A program made the position numbers and the translations under genes. A stretch of 64,000 nucleotides of DNA from Candidatus Kerfeldbacteria bacterium (GTDB lineage Bacteria > Patescibacteriota > Patescibacteriia > UBA9570 > XYC2-FULL-38-9). The DNA is taken from contig JACPGJ010000007.1 in NCBI GenBank assembly GCA_016182555.1, forward strand, positions 192,053 to 256,052, read 5' to 3'. The notes under the pieces are model-generated. The model was not told where the DNA came from. It saw only the letters and a program-made list of their open reading frames with translations, and made no database searches. Numbering within the stretch: position 1 is the stretch's first letter; each line of letters begins with the position of its first letter. Shown here piece after piece: positions 20,971 to 30,360 of the stretch.

Positions 20971-22134
20971 ATGATTATTCCTCGACATATTACAACTGAG
21001 CTGCTTGAAAAAATAACCAATTTCCATAAAGTGGTAGTGTTATATGGTCCCAGACAGGTCGGAAAAACCACGCTCTGTCATGAAATTATCGAAAAACTCC
21101 ACCTGCCCACACTGTCTATTTCTGCAGACGAATCACGATATATTCATGTACTTTCTAGTCGAAATAGCCAAAGAATGCGACAATTGATTGGTGAGAACAA
21201 ATTATTGTTTATTGATGAAGCGCAACGTATTCCAGATATTGGTATTAATTTAAAAATTTTGATTGATCAATTTGTCGATCTCAAAATTATTGCCACGGGC
21301 TCTTCTTCTTTTGAGTTAGCCAATTCCATATCTGAACCGCTGACTGGACGCAAATGGACATTTCATCTCTATCCAATCAGCCAACAAGAATTGCTACCGC
21401 TCATGACTCCGTTTGAAATAAAAGAACAATTAGAAGAGCGTTTAATTTGGGGATCCTACCCTGGTATTTTTGAATTCAGTAGTGCAGCTCTCAAAGAAAA
21501 ATATCTGTATGAATTAGAAGCAGACTATCTGTATAAAGATTTACTGAGTTTCCTTGATATACGAGGGGCGCAACGCATCAAAGATTTACTCAGCTTGTTA
21601 GCATTCCAAATCGGCAAAGAGGTGTCCATACATGAATTGGGAACACAACTTGGTATGCACAACGATATGGTACTGCGTTATCTTGATTTACTCGAAAAAA
21701 CATTTTTAATTTTTCATTTAGGTGGCTTCAGCCGTAATTTACGAAAAGAAATCAGCAAGAAAAAAAAATATTACTTTTATGACCTCGGCATTCGTAATCT
21801 CGTTATTGGCCGATTTGCTCCATTGTCACAACGTGAAGACCACGGTGATCTGTGGGAAAATTTTTGTATTGTCGAACGCATGAAATACCTTGCCTATAAC
21901 CAACAATATGCAACATCTTATTTTTGGCGTTTATATAGTGGTGCAGAAATTGATTACGTCGAAGAGCGAAACGGTGCACTGTATGGTTATGAATTCAAAT
22001 GGTCACAAAGAAAAAAACCAAAAACTCCGCGCACTTGGAAAGCAGAATATCCAACAGCCACTTATACTGTTGTGAATCCGGATAATTACTTATCTTTTGT
22101 CACTGATAGTGATGTAGATGCGGATATTTCTTGA
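20971..22134 (+). CDS. AAA+ ATPase with DUF4143 domain (paralog of 70-1248)
   Basis: GPRQVGKT, FIDEAQ, ATGSS, YFYDLG, EIDYV..YEFK. Confidence 0.9.
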   Translation: MIIPRHITTELLEKITNFHKVVVLYGPRQVGKTTLCHEIIEKLHLPTLSISADESRYIHVLSSRNSQRMRQLIGENKLLFIDEAQRIPDIGINLKILIDQFVDLKIIATGSSSFELANSISEPLTGRKWTFHLYPISQQELLPLMTPFEIKEQLEERLIWGSYPGIFEFSSAALKEKYLYELEADYLYKDLLSFLDIRGAQRIKDLLSLLAFQIGKEVSIHELGTQLGMHNDMVLRYLDLLEKTFLIFHLGGFSRNLRKEISKKKKYYFYDLGIRNLVIGRFAPLSQREDHGDLWENFCIVERMKYLAYNQQYATSYFWRLYSGAEIDYVEERNGALYGYEFKWSQRKKPKTPRTWKAEYPTATYTVVNPDNYLSFVTDSDVDADIS

Positions 22135-23456
22135 GCGCGTTTCGTCAAATATTCTTCCGTATTCAGTGATGGGTCTTCGAGAACGTCTTCGAGCAGCGCT
22201 TTCATTATTTCACCCACGCCGCGACCAGGGGTGAGACCCGTAATACGCATAATATCATTACCATCAATTTTGAGCATAGTGGTATCCATAGGGTCTTTTT
22301 CAACCATACGAATACGACGTTCCAATTCAATGAGTTTATAAGGTTTTTCTTTTTGTGTGCCAGAACCCATGCGGTCGCCGATGCGAATGGCCATGAGATC
22401 GTCGAGGTTTTCACGGCCGATGCGTTTAATAAGGCGACGTACTCCGGCATCGGTAATTTCACCAGTGTTATAGTAAAACATGTGCTGGCTCACCAAATGC
22501 GCAATGCGGTCACAGTCTTTGCGAGAAAATTTCAAGCGCTCCATCATTTTACGCACCATGCGACCACCAACATGTTCATGAGCGTGGAAACTGCTGTTTG
22601 GCCCATCGCCTTCTTTCACACGCGGCTTGCCAACATCGTGTAGCAGCGCAGCGAAAAGCACCAGTGGGTCATCAGACGGACAGAATTGCATAGAAAACAA
22701 ATTATGCGTGAGCACAGTATAGATATGGTGTTTATTTTGTCCGACACCAGAACCTTCTTCAAGCTCCGGAAGAATGTGTTGCAGCAAACCGCTGGTGTGC
22801 ATTAACCAAAAACCACGGTACGGGTCCTCTGCGTTGAGCGTCTTCAGTAATTCATCTCGAATACGTTCACCTGAAACACGCAAAATATTTTTACCAAGAT
22901 GTTGAATCGCGGTAAATGTTTCGTCTTCAATATGAAAATCGAGTTGTGCAGCAAAACGCGTGGCCCGCAACATACGCAGAGCATCTTCATTGAAGCGTTC
23001 TTCTGGTTTGCCAACCGTACGAATCAATTTACGCTGACAATCTTCTTGTCCACCGAACAAATCAACAATTTTGTTGCCATTGAATGCCATGGCGTTGATG
23101 GTGAAATCACGGCGCTTGAGGTCTTCTTCCAGCGACACACCAAATTTCACGCTGTCAGGGTGACGTTGATCGCTGTACTCCGCTTCCGCACGGTACGGGG
23201 TAATTTCTATTTCATGCCGCATGCCTTGCTCCCCTGGCATGCGCACAACCACTGTGCCGAAATTATTATTGTACAGTGTATCGGCAAATGTTTTTTGAAT
23301 CTGTTCAGGTGTCGCATTCGTGGTCATATCAAAATCGGTGGGCGTACGGCCAAGAACGAGGTCGCGCACCGAACCACCAACAACGTATGCGTCAAAACCA
23401 GCATCATGCAGTTGCGTGAGTGCCTGTTCAACATATTGGGGCAATAAAAATTTCAT
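22086..23456 (-). CDS. CCA tRNA nucleotidyltransferase/poly(A) polymerase family with HD domain
   Basis: VVGGSVRD..DFD, RRDFTINAMA, EDALRMLRA, LLHDVGK. Confidence 0.92.
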   Translation of the reverse strand: MKFLLPQYVEQALTQLHDAGFDAYVVGGSVRDLVLGRTPTDFDMTTNATPEQIQKTFADTLYNNNFGTVVVRMPGEQGMRHEIEITPYRAEAEYSDQRHPDSVKFGVSLEEDLKRRDFTINAMAFNGNKIVDLFGGQEDCQRKLIRTVGKPEERFNEDALRMLRATRFAAQLDFHIEDETFTAIQHLGKNILRVSGERIRDELLKTLNAEDPYRGFWLMHTSGLLQHILPELEEGSGVGQNKHHIYTVLTHNLFSMQFCPSDDPLVLFAALLHDVGKPRVKEGDGPNSSFHAHEHVGGRMVRKMMERLKFSRKDCDRIAHLVSQHMFYYNTGEITDAGVRRLIKRIGRENLDDLMAIRIGDRMGSGTQKEKPYKLIELERRIRMVEKDPMDTTMLKIDGNDIMRITGLTPGRGVGEIMKALLEDVLEDPSLNTEEYLTKRAQEISASTSLSVTKDK

Positions 23457-23471
23457 AGCGTTGTGGTTATA

Positions 23472-23548
23472 TGGTGTCCTCGGCAGGAGTCGAACCTGCG
23501 GCCTTCGGTTCCGGAAACCGACGCTCTATCCAACTGAGCTACGGGGAC
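23472..23548 (-). tRNA. tRNA-Arg(CCG)
   Basis: Full cloverleaf; anticodon arm TCGGT-TTCCGGA-ACCGA; GGTTCGACTCC; encoded CCA. Confidence 0.95.
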
Positions 23549-23576
23549 AAATACAGTATGGTTAAGTGATGAACGG

Positions 23577-23648
23577 TGTCCCCGGCAGGAATCGAACCTA
23601 CATCTTCGGCTTAGAAGGCAGAAGCTCTATCCGTTGAGCTACGGGGAC
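23577..23648 (-). tRNA. tRNA-Arg(TCT)
   Basis: Cloverleaf with loop CTTCTAA; one mismatch in the anticodon stem; followed by CCG, not CCA. Confidence 0.88.
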
Positions 23649-23764
23649 AAATGCATGAAGAAGAGTACCTTTTTTCCCTGCCTGCGTCAATGATCATAAC
23701 ACCGAATATTTGGCTCCTTGATTTTTCTTTTTCAATGTGATATACTCATTTTTGCAATTTATAT

Positions 23765-23819
23765 GGTGGCTGTAGTTCAGTTGGTTAGAGCACTGGTTTG
23801 TGTAATTCAGATACAGCAC
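23765..23819 (+). pseudogene. Degenerate tRNA-His lacking the T-arm
   Basis: G-1 GTGGCTG, D-arm GTTC-AGTTGGTTA-GAGC, CTGGT-TT-GTG anticodon, then TACAGCAC complementary to the 5' end; no TTC arm. Confidence 0.65.
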
Positions 23820-23855
23820 TTTGACAAATACTTCTGTGTAGAATAATCTACTGTA

Positions 23856-24332
23856 ATGCCGCAACGAAAATGTCGCGTATGTCATAAGGAGATTTATGTA
23901 AAACCAAGTCACCTCGAACGGGGATGGGGGAAATTCTGTTCAAAAAAATGTCAGGGTGAAAAACAACGCATCGGAAAAAACATTCGCTGTACTGTCTGTG
24001 GAAATCTTGCTTATCGCTCTCCAAAAGAACTAAGGAAATCGGCAAGCAAAAAATATTTTTGCAGTAAAAGCTGCCACTGTATCTGGGAAAACTCCCAAAA
24101 AAGGACTCGCGAGAATCACTATAATTGGCAAGGTGGTAAAGCATCCTATCGAAAATTTGCCTTACGCAGCACAGAACAACACTACTGCCGCCATTGTGGT
24201 ATAGAAGATTCTCGAGTACTGATTATTCATCACAAAGATAGAAACAGAAATAATAATGCATTCAGTAACCTGCTCATATTATGCATTAATTGCCATTATA
24301 TAGAACATCAGTATAATGGTAAAAGAAAATAA
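23856..24332 (+). CDS. HNH endonuclease with N-terminal zinc-ribbon repeats
   Basis: Two CxxC..FCSxxC repeats, NWQGG, CRHCG..IHHKDRNRNNN..NL..LCINCH. Confidence 0.88.
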   Translation: MPQRKCRVCHKEIYVKPSHLERGWGKFCSKKCQGEKQRIGKNIRCTVCGNLAYRSPKELRKSASKKYFCSKSCHCIWENSQKRTRENHYNWQGGKASYRKFALRSTEQHYCRHCGIEDSRVLIIHHKDRNRNNNAFSNLLILCINCHYIEHQYNGKRK

Positions 24333-24336
24333 TTAT

Positions 24337-24412
24337 GGTGGCCATGGTGAAACGGTTATCACGACAGTTTGTGGTACTGTCATTACGGGTTCAATTCCCG
24401 TTGGCCACCCCA
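24337..24412 (+). tRNA. tRNA-His(GTG); island integration site
   Basis: G-1, GTGGCCA/TGGCCAC acceptor, ACAGT-TTGTGGT-ACTGT, GGTTCAATTCC, C discriminator plus CCA. Confidence 0.95.
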
Positions 24413-24684
24413 AGCGGAATGATTATGTGCGATGAAGATGGAATCGAAAGGTTTTTGCAAGGAATACTGCACCTTTTGACCATCAAATGACAAGTTCTGA
24501 AATACCAATTTGATAATTTCTCTTTTTTGGTCTAGTTCAGAACCGATAAACAATTCTTTACTACGGGAAGCGATGTTTAGTATTGCTATAGCGTCGATAT
24601 AGTAACTTTCATCGGCTTTTTGTAGTTGCTCTAGCTTACTACGGTATTCGGTCTGCTTGGCAGTATTCGGTCTGCTTGGCACGA
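24407..24684 (-). repeat. Direct repeat copy 1: 3' remnant of a probable large serine recombinase abutting tRNA-His
   Basis: Nearly identical to 40779-41037; reads ..SELDQKREIIKLVFQNLSFDGQKVQYSLQKPFDSIF..WG into the tRNA; includes a 19-bp tandem duplication (24644-24681). Recombinase identity is inferred from resemblance. Confidence 0.7.
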
Positions 24685-24898
24685 AACTGACTGCTTAATT
24701 TGTCGTACTGCTCCTGAGTAATCCACATGGCTTATCAAAACTGATAAATCAGTGACGGGTGTTCGAGATGAACTACAATCAGTTGTCGACAAAAACGACG
24801 CATTATACGTAGTTGACGTCACAAGTGAACCTTCAGCGTGGGTTGGTCTCGATAGCAATGTGAGCGCTTGGATTAAAAACAATTCCTAAGTTCAAATC

Positions 24899-24923
24899 GG
24901 GGGAAGGTTTCAAACCTTCCCCC
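24899..24923. repeat. Perfect GC-rich palindrome (REP-like or terminator)
   Basis: GGGGGAAGGTT-TCA-AACCTTCCCCC. Confidence 0.6.
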
Positions 24924-24949
24924 ACTCCAAGCACAACAATCATAAATAT

Positions 24950-25171
24950 ATAGCAAAAAGCATTCATTCAACGCCTTATGACGGAAAGTGGGCCGTCAAG
25001 CAAGCAAATAAAGCAAAACCACTATCAACTCATCGTACACAAGCTGCTGCAATTGCAGCTGGACGTGCAGAAACGAAACGACAACACGCTGAACATGTTA
25101 TACATGGTCGAAATGGTCAAATACGTAAGAAAAATAGCTATGGAAATGATCCTAAAAGAATAAAAGGCTAG
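24950..25171 (+). pseudogene. DUF2188-family protein starting at ATA (missed by the ORF track)
   Basis: Frame reads (I)AKSIHSTPYDGKWAVK..THRTQAAAIAAGR..IHGRNGQIRKKNSYGNDPKRIKG*. Confidence 0.75.
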
Positions 25172-25182
25172 GTAGAAAATTC

Positions 25183-25218
25183 ATGGTTTAGGTAGTCCGT
25201 CACAACACTGCCTTTTTT
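25183..25218 (+). repeat. Array hairpin repeat, copy 0 (short form)
   Basis: GGTTTA-GGTAGT-loop-ACTGCC-TTTTTT; outer stem only. Confidence 0.65.
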
Positions 25219-25957
25219 ATTTTACTTCTATCGTTTGCGCTCCCAACCAAGAAAGATAATATGCCTGCCGCATAGCATCTGCAATTGCTTTACTTTCAAT
25301 AATAACTGACATATTTTCAGCATAGTTCATGAAGGCCACTTTATTGTTATAGATATTTACTTCAATCTCTGGCCAAAACACATTACGAGGAACAATGAGT
25401 GTTTCCGCCAATTCTGATTGATCATACTTCTTATGTTTTGTATGCCACACTGATCCACTCCCAGCAATGCGCTTAGCATGTATGTTTAACTTCATGCGTT
25501 CCGAAATATAAGCGTGGTCTTTTGGAAATTGGTCAAAATAGGCATTCGTATTCCATTCTAAGATTTCATCTGGCCGCTCCCGCAAGGTATCATCATACAC
25601 ATTCTGAATCGCATGTTTTCCTTCATAAAAAACTATTTTCGGTTTGGTTTCACTTTTGTTATAGATCGCTTCTAACTCAGGAAGTGCGTGAGCAATTTTT
25701 TTCTGTAGCTCTGTAGCGAAGGATAGAAGTTTACTTGGGGATTCAGCAATATAGCGATATTTACCACGTACTTTAGATTTACCAACGATACCTTTTTTCA
25801 CCAACATCTCTAATATCGAATATGTGGTTGTACGTTGTAAATTGGCCTTTTTTGCAATATCTTGAGCAGAAGATAAGCCCATTTCTAAACTGGCAATATA
25901 GACTTTGGCTTCATTCTGAGAGAAACCCAACTGTTTAAGTAATGGTTCAAATTTCAT
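25217..25957 (-). CDS. TrmB-family regulator 1
   Basis: LGFSQNEAKVY..L.RTT.Y wHTH; PKIVFYEG; IYNNKVA..IIES C-domain. Confidence 0.88.
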   Translation of the reverse strand: MKFEPLLKQLGFSQNEAKVYIASLEMGLSSAQDIAKKANLQRTTTYSILEMLVKKGIVGKSKVRGKYRYIAESPSKLLSFATELQKKIAHALPELEAIYNKSETKPKIVFYEGKHAIQNVYDDTLRERPDEILEWNTNAYFDQFPKDHAYISERMKLNIHAKRIAGSGSVWHTKHKKYDQSELAETLIVPRNVFWPEIEVNIYNNKVAFMNYAENMSVIIESKAIADAMRQAYYLSWLGAQTIEVK

Positions 25958-26147
25958 ATTGTAAATTGATAAAATGACGAAACACATTTAGTCATTTTAA
26001 TACTATATAATACTTAATTTATAGTCAAATTTAGATATTTATTTGTTATTTTCGTCATTTTTGACGAAAAATTTATACATTATTTTTTCTATTATATACT
26101 TGTACGTTCCTCGGAATGAATTTGAGGAACAAGGAGGTAAATCAAAA

Positions 26148-26402
26148 ATGAAAAAGCACCTTTTATTCCTTCTGTTGTTGGTGCTCACTGCCTGTCCTAC
26201 CAAAACTTCTGATTTCAATAGGAGCAAGGAGGTAAAACCACCCACAACAGCAGGAGAATCAAGTCAATGGGTGAGGGAGCTATCCTATTCGTCTGCTCCG
26301 CTCATTGGCGATGCCTCTCGTTTAAAAACAGATACCAATAAATGCTACCTCGTAGTGAGAGGTGGACATGGAATCGCACTTGTAGAGACGCCTTGTCCTT
26401 AA
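26148..26402 (+). CDS. Cargo 1: small lipoprotein
   Basis: AGGAGG SD; MKKHLLFLLLLVLTA-C lipobox. Confidence 0.75.
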   Translation: MKKHLLFLLLLVLTACPTKTSDFNRSKEVKPPTTAGESSQWVRELSYSSAPLIGDASRLKTDTNKCYLVVRGGHGIALVETPCP

Positions 26403-26410
26403 TTAAAGGA

Positions 26411-26478
26411 AAACGGTTCGGCAGTACCAGCTGCGTCGAGAGCTTGGAGGAGCTTTCCGCACAAAACTGCTATTTTTT
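26411..26478 (+). repeat. Array hairpin repeat, copy 1
   Basis: AAACGGTTCGGCAGTACCAGCTGCGTCGAGAGCTTGGAGGAGCTTTCCGCACAAAACTGC plus T-rich tail. Confidence 0.92.
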
Positions 26479-27280
26479 ATTTCAAATCTTTTTGAGTAAT
26501 TTCTTCTGAAACACTATCCCACATCATTTCAAACCACGCAAGGAATGTTCTATAAATAGTTGGGTTGTCAATCACCACAGTATTCAGATGTTGCGTGTAA
26601 TCAATAATAGCTACATGCCCTTCCCAAATGAGGGTATCAGTGTCCAGCTTCATATTTTCTGGCAACCATTTCACATGATGATATTCATGCAAACCCGCAT
26701 TTCGAAGATACTGCTTCCCCGCAGCATTGGGAATCATCATTCCTTTACGTAATACTTTCTGTATTTTTAACTCAGCAAAATTATCTTCAACAGCGGCATG
26801 CGGAAATGTTTTCGTCACTACTGCTAAATCACCAATTAAGTAAAGTGTTTTTTGTGCGTTGATAATTTCCCGATGCACTGCCAGAATTCCTTTTTTGCCT
26901 TCGAAAAAACGCACACCTGCTTTGTAGGCTGTACCAAATTTCATTTGATTAAACACATCCGCAACAGAACGAAATGCATTTTGTTGTTCCGTGAGTGCTC
27001 GTTTCTCTTCTTCCAAAATATCAATGACATGTTCAATCTGCTCTACTTGAAAATAGAGTTTATCATTTTCTGTAATTGAACTCACAAATCCTCGATGTTG
27101 TAATGATTGCAACAAATCATAAATTGATGAACGTGGAATATCACTTGCCTGTTTTGTTATTTCAGATGCTGTAGCTTTATTGAGCTGAATCAATACAAAC
27201 AGCACGGCAATCTCCCGTTGATCAAGCCCATACGCTTCAAGAATACGTTGTATTTCTTTTTGTCGAATATCCGTCGACAT
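26477..27280 (-). CDS. TrmB-family regulator 2
   Basis: YGLDQREIAV..IPRSSIY; VRFFEGKKGI; WFEMMW. Confidence 0.85.
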   Translation of the reverse strand: MSTDIRQKEIQRILEAYGLDQREIAVLFVLIQLNKATASEITKQASDIPRSSIYDLLQSLQHRGFVSSITENDKLYFQVEQIEHVIDILEEEKRALTEQQNAFRSVADVFNQMKFGTAYKAGVRFFEGKKGILAVHREIINAQKTLYLIGDLAVVTKTFPHAAVEDNFAELKIQKVLRKGMMIPNAAGKQYLRNAGLHEYHHVKWLPENMKLDTDTLIWEGHVAIIDYTQHLNTVVIDNPTIYRTFLAWFEMMWDSVSEEITQKDLK

Positions 27281-27377
27281 ATATATTGATTATTATTTAA
27301 ATTCATTTTATATTTATTTGTTCTTTTTGTCAAAATAGTGCGACAAAAAGAATAGACTTTAACTCATGAGGTTTGTT

Positions 27378-28001
27378 ATGCGGATTTTGGTAATCGACGA
27401 TAACCAACATCATCTCAACTCAGCTAAAGAATTGTTAAAAGAGCACAAAGTCACTCTCTGTTCTACTGCAGACGAAGCAATTGAACTGCTTGAACCGCAG
27501 TATGATGATGTCATCTTTCATCGGCTTTGGTCAGAGAAAGGATGGGAAGAAGCTTCACAAGTGGCTCGCCTTCCCTACTGGGATGTAGTGCTCAGTGATC
27601 TCCTCATGCCTGCCCCAAAACGAAACCTGAGTTACTTTGGTGAAAAATTCATTGGGCAGGAGATGCCAGTAGGTTGGGCATTCGTGTTACGAGCTACACT
27701 CGAGGGTGCAAAATTTGCAGCCGTTGTGACAGCAACAAACCATCACAACCATCCAGCCTCAGCACTGCTCGATCCTCTTGGATCGGCATATTGGGAAGAT
27801 AATAGGGAAAATGCACCGAAGTTTACAATTAACGGTGCCACAGTTGGTTTCTATCATGCACCAATGATAGGTGTAGACACCGTTCCCTGTTCACACTGTA
27901 ATGTAACAGGGCGCACAGATAAAATCTGTTCTTTTTGTGAGGGCACAAAAAAGGAACAAGGAAAAAATTGGGCTCTGGTGCTTAAGGCGCTAACCTCTTG
28001 A
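27378..28001 (+). CDS. Cargo 2: atypical receiver-like protein with C-terminal CxxC pair
   Basis: ILVIDDN, VVLSDLLMP, VVT, NHHNHP, CSHC..CSFC; GAGG upstream (alternative start 27366). Confidence 0.75.
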   Translation: MRILVIDDNQHHLNSAKELLKEHKVTLCSTADEAIELLEPQYDDVIFHRLWSEKGWEEASQVARLPYWDVVLSDLLMPAPKRNLSYFGEKFIGQEMPVGWAFVLRATLEGAKFAAVVTATNHHNHPASALLDPLGSAYWEDNRENAPKFTINGATVGFYHAPMIGVDTVPCSHCNVTGRTDKICSFCEGTKKEQGKNWALVLKALTS

Positions 28002-28010
28002 AAAATATAC

Positions 28011-28078
28011 AAACGGTTTGGCAGTACCTGCTGCGTTGAGAGCTTGGGAGAAGCTTTCCGCACAAAACTGTCTTTTTT
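28011..28078 (+). repeat. Array hairpin repeat, copy 2
   Basis: AAACGGTTTGGCAGTACCTGCTGCGTTGAGAGCTTGGGAGAAGCTTTCCGCACAAAACTGTC plus T-run. Confidence 0.92.
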
Positions 28079-28835
28079 ATTTCTCCCACATGTTCTTGAA
28101 CAACTCCCGCAAATTTCGTGCAAGAACAGCATCATGAATTTCCACCATATAATGCGGACGATCACGTGTTTTTACCATAATAATATAATCACCAATTACC
28201 CACAGACTCGCATCAAATTCACCTTTTCGTGTTGGTTTAACTAAGCGTTGCACATACTTCTCTCGCATAGCTCGCTCAATGTTTTTGTCGTTCGTTAAAA
28301 AACGGACTTTCAAATCTTTTGGCCCTTGCTGCCAAGTCCAGTCTATCCATCGGCCATAGTGCTCGGTAAATGAACTATCATGAAACCCCCACCATGTATT
28401 ATCTATTGCTTCTCCGCTCTCTTTCCAATGTTCATATTGTTTATGCAAATAGGTCGTCAGATCAGATTCTTCAATAACCTTGATTTTTGGTACTGAATAT
28501 TCTACCGCAGACATGATTGTTGTAATATTGCGGGAGAGAATTTGAGCTGCCTCTTTTTTCTTTTTGATTTGCTGCTCTTCTTTTGTTACCAAATCCAGTA
28601 ATGCTTTTGGATTACCCGCTACCAGATAGCGCACTTTGTTCCCAATATCTTCAGTAATCAAACCAAGTTGAATAAGCTTTTTCCCAATACTATACACCGT
28701 TGTTCTATTGATTCCCGTGAGCTTGGCCACCCGTGCTGGCGATATTTTTCCTGTCTGTTGCACAGCCAAAAAAACAGCTTGTTCTTGCTCATTAAAACCT
28801 AATGTACTAAAGAGTTCTTTTTCCATATATGGCAT
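28077..28835 (-). CDS. TrmB-family regulator 3
   Basis: LGFNEQEQAVF..INRTTVY; PKIKVIE; LFKNMW. Confidence 0.85.
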   Translation of the reverse strand: MPYMEKELFSTLGFNEQEQAVFLAVQQTGKISPARVAKLTGINRTTVYSIGKKLIQLGLITEDIGNKVRYLVAGNPKALLDLVTKEEQQIKKKKEAAQILSRNITTIMSAVEYSVPKIKVIEESDLTTYLHKQYEHWKESGEAIDNTWWGFHDSSFTEHYGRWIDWTWQQGPKDLKVRFLTNDKNIERAMREKYVQRLVKPTRKGEFDASLWVIGDYIIMVKTRDRPHYMVEIHDAVLARNLRELFKNMWEK

Positions 28836-29002
28836 ATTGCTACAAAATTAACATGTTGTTGGTATATCGTCAACGAATTTTATATTATTAGCTAAAATTA
28901 GCATAGAATAATGATTTATTATCTTTGACACTATAGCTTCTTTATTTTACGCTGTATAGTTCTGTTCTGGATAGCAAGCTTGAAAACTGTATGGGAGGAG
29001 AT

Positions 29003-29392
29003 ATGAAAATTGGTATTCTGACGTGCAATCACAATTGGTGGAGCAGTGATACCGCTAGCCTATTAAGCGGAATGCTGCCCTATTTAGCACCTCGAGAATT
29101 AGGAGGAGTTGAGAGCTATATTGAACTTCCTTGGAATGAAGTAATTCCAAAAGACGTCGATCTTGTCTTTTGTACTCTGTGCGAAACCTGCACAGAAGAG
29201 CCAGAGAATCTCAAAGCTCTAAAGCAACGAGGAGGGTATATAGCTATTTTTCATGAGTACAACGATTTACGTGCTCAGGTGATAGTAGAGCTGCATGACT
29301 ATCACACCTTCCGCATGCTGAAAGAAAAGTATGGTGTTACTAATCTCGAATTCCTTTATAGCGAATGGAGATTTTTAACAGCCAGAAAATAA
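29003..29392 (+). CDS. Cargo 3: hypothetical protein
   Basis: GGAGGAG SD before MKIGILTCNH; no family recognised. Confidence 0.65.
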   Translation: MKIGILTCNHNWWSSDTASLLSGMLPYLAPRELGGVESYIELPWNEVIPKDVDLVFCTLCETCTEEPENLKALKQRGGYIAIFHEYNDLRAQVIVELHDYHTFRMLKEKYGVTNLEFLYSEWRFLTARK

Positions 29393-29424
29393 GGAGGAAT
29401 AATGTTCTATATCCGAGCAGGACC

Positions 29425-29460
29425 AACGGTTTGGCAGCACCGATCAAAAGCTGCCTTTTT
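29425..29460 (+). repeat. Array hairpin repeat, copy 3 (short form with compensatory change)
   Basis: AACGGTTT-GGCAGC-ACCGATCAAAA-GCTGCC-TTTTT. Confidence 0.85.
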
Positions 29461-29462
29461 GT

Positions 29463-30224
29463 TTATTTTTTAAGTGTTTTCCAAAGAAGCGTATATATCA
29501 ACTTCTGCAATTGGACAAACTCCCGTGATTCTATCAGGACAGCCATTTTTTCTTTCCATGAAGCAATGAGCACTTTATCATTATAGATATTCACTTCTGG
29601 CGAGAATGTATGCTCTGGATCATCTAAAATAACCGATTCACGAAGTTCTGATTTATCATGCTTTGCGCGTTCAACTGATTTTTTATTTTTTGGCATAATA
29701 GCCCGAATTGATACCTTTGCTGCTGTACGACGCTTGTAATAGTCTGGGAAAAAATGTGGTAGTCCCTCGTGCATAGTTTCCACATTGGCATAGGCTAAAA
29801 TCGTTTCTTTAGCAGTAAGTGTATCTTCATATGCTTCTCGCATTCCTTTTTCTCCTTCATAAAATGTTACTTTTGGTTTTGTACTTTGCGGATGAATCAA
29901 CGAGGAAAGTTCTGGCAGAATTTGTTTTACCAGCTCCTGTTGCGTATTGATTTGCTTATTCATTTCCTCCCTTTCTCGTTCCAGATACTGAACTAAACGT
30001 TTAGGATCACCCGCATGAAAATAGATTTTCCCTTTCTTTTTGAATTTACTAATGAGTCCTTTCTTCATCAGACCTTCTAACACATCATAACAACTCGTAC
30101 GGTTAATATTCGACTTTTTACTAATATCGGTAGGAGTCGCTGAATCCAGCTCTAATAACGCTAAATAGACTGCTGTTTCTTTATCAGAGAACCCTAATTG
30201 CTCAAAAATGGTTGTGGATATCAT
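29463..30224 (-). CDS. TrmB-family regulator 4
   Basis: LGFSDKETAVYLALLEL..INRTSCY; PKVTFYEG; IYNDKV. Confidence 0.9.
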   Translation of the reverse strand: MISTTIFEQLGFSDKETAVYLALLELDSATPTDISKKSNINRTSCYDVLEGLMKKGLISKFKKKGKIYFHAGDPKRLVQYLEREREEMNKQINTQQELVKQILPELSSLIHPQSTKPKVTFYEGEKGMREAYEDTLTAKETILAYANVETMHEGLPHFFPDYYKRRTAAKVSIRAIMPKNKKSVERAKHDKSELRESVILDDPEHTFSPEVNIYNDKVLIASWKEKMAVLIESREFVQLQKLIYTLLWKTLKK

Positions 30225-30360
30225 ATATTTTGTGGAAAATATTTCGACAATATTAGTATATCAAATAAAGGATAAAATAGCAATATTTTTATACTTTGTC
30301 GGTTATAGTGTGTAAGTATTTTTTATTCTATGAGATACTACTGTGTTCTCGAAAGAGAGC

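Noticed and set aside
23765-24336. Group I intron carrying an HNH within tRNA-His
   Set aside because: No complementary 3' tRNA half after the HNH and no room for a ribozyme core; the downstream tRNA is complete on its own.
24978-25163. 61-aa ORF from the track
   Set aside because: Wrong frame; the overlapping frame 24950-25171 gives a recognisable DUF2188 protein.
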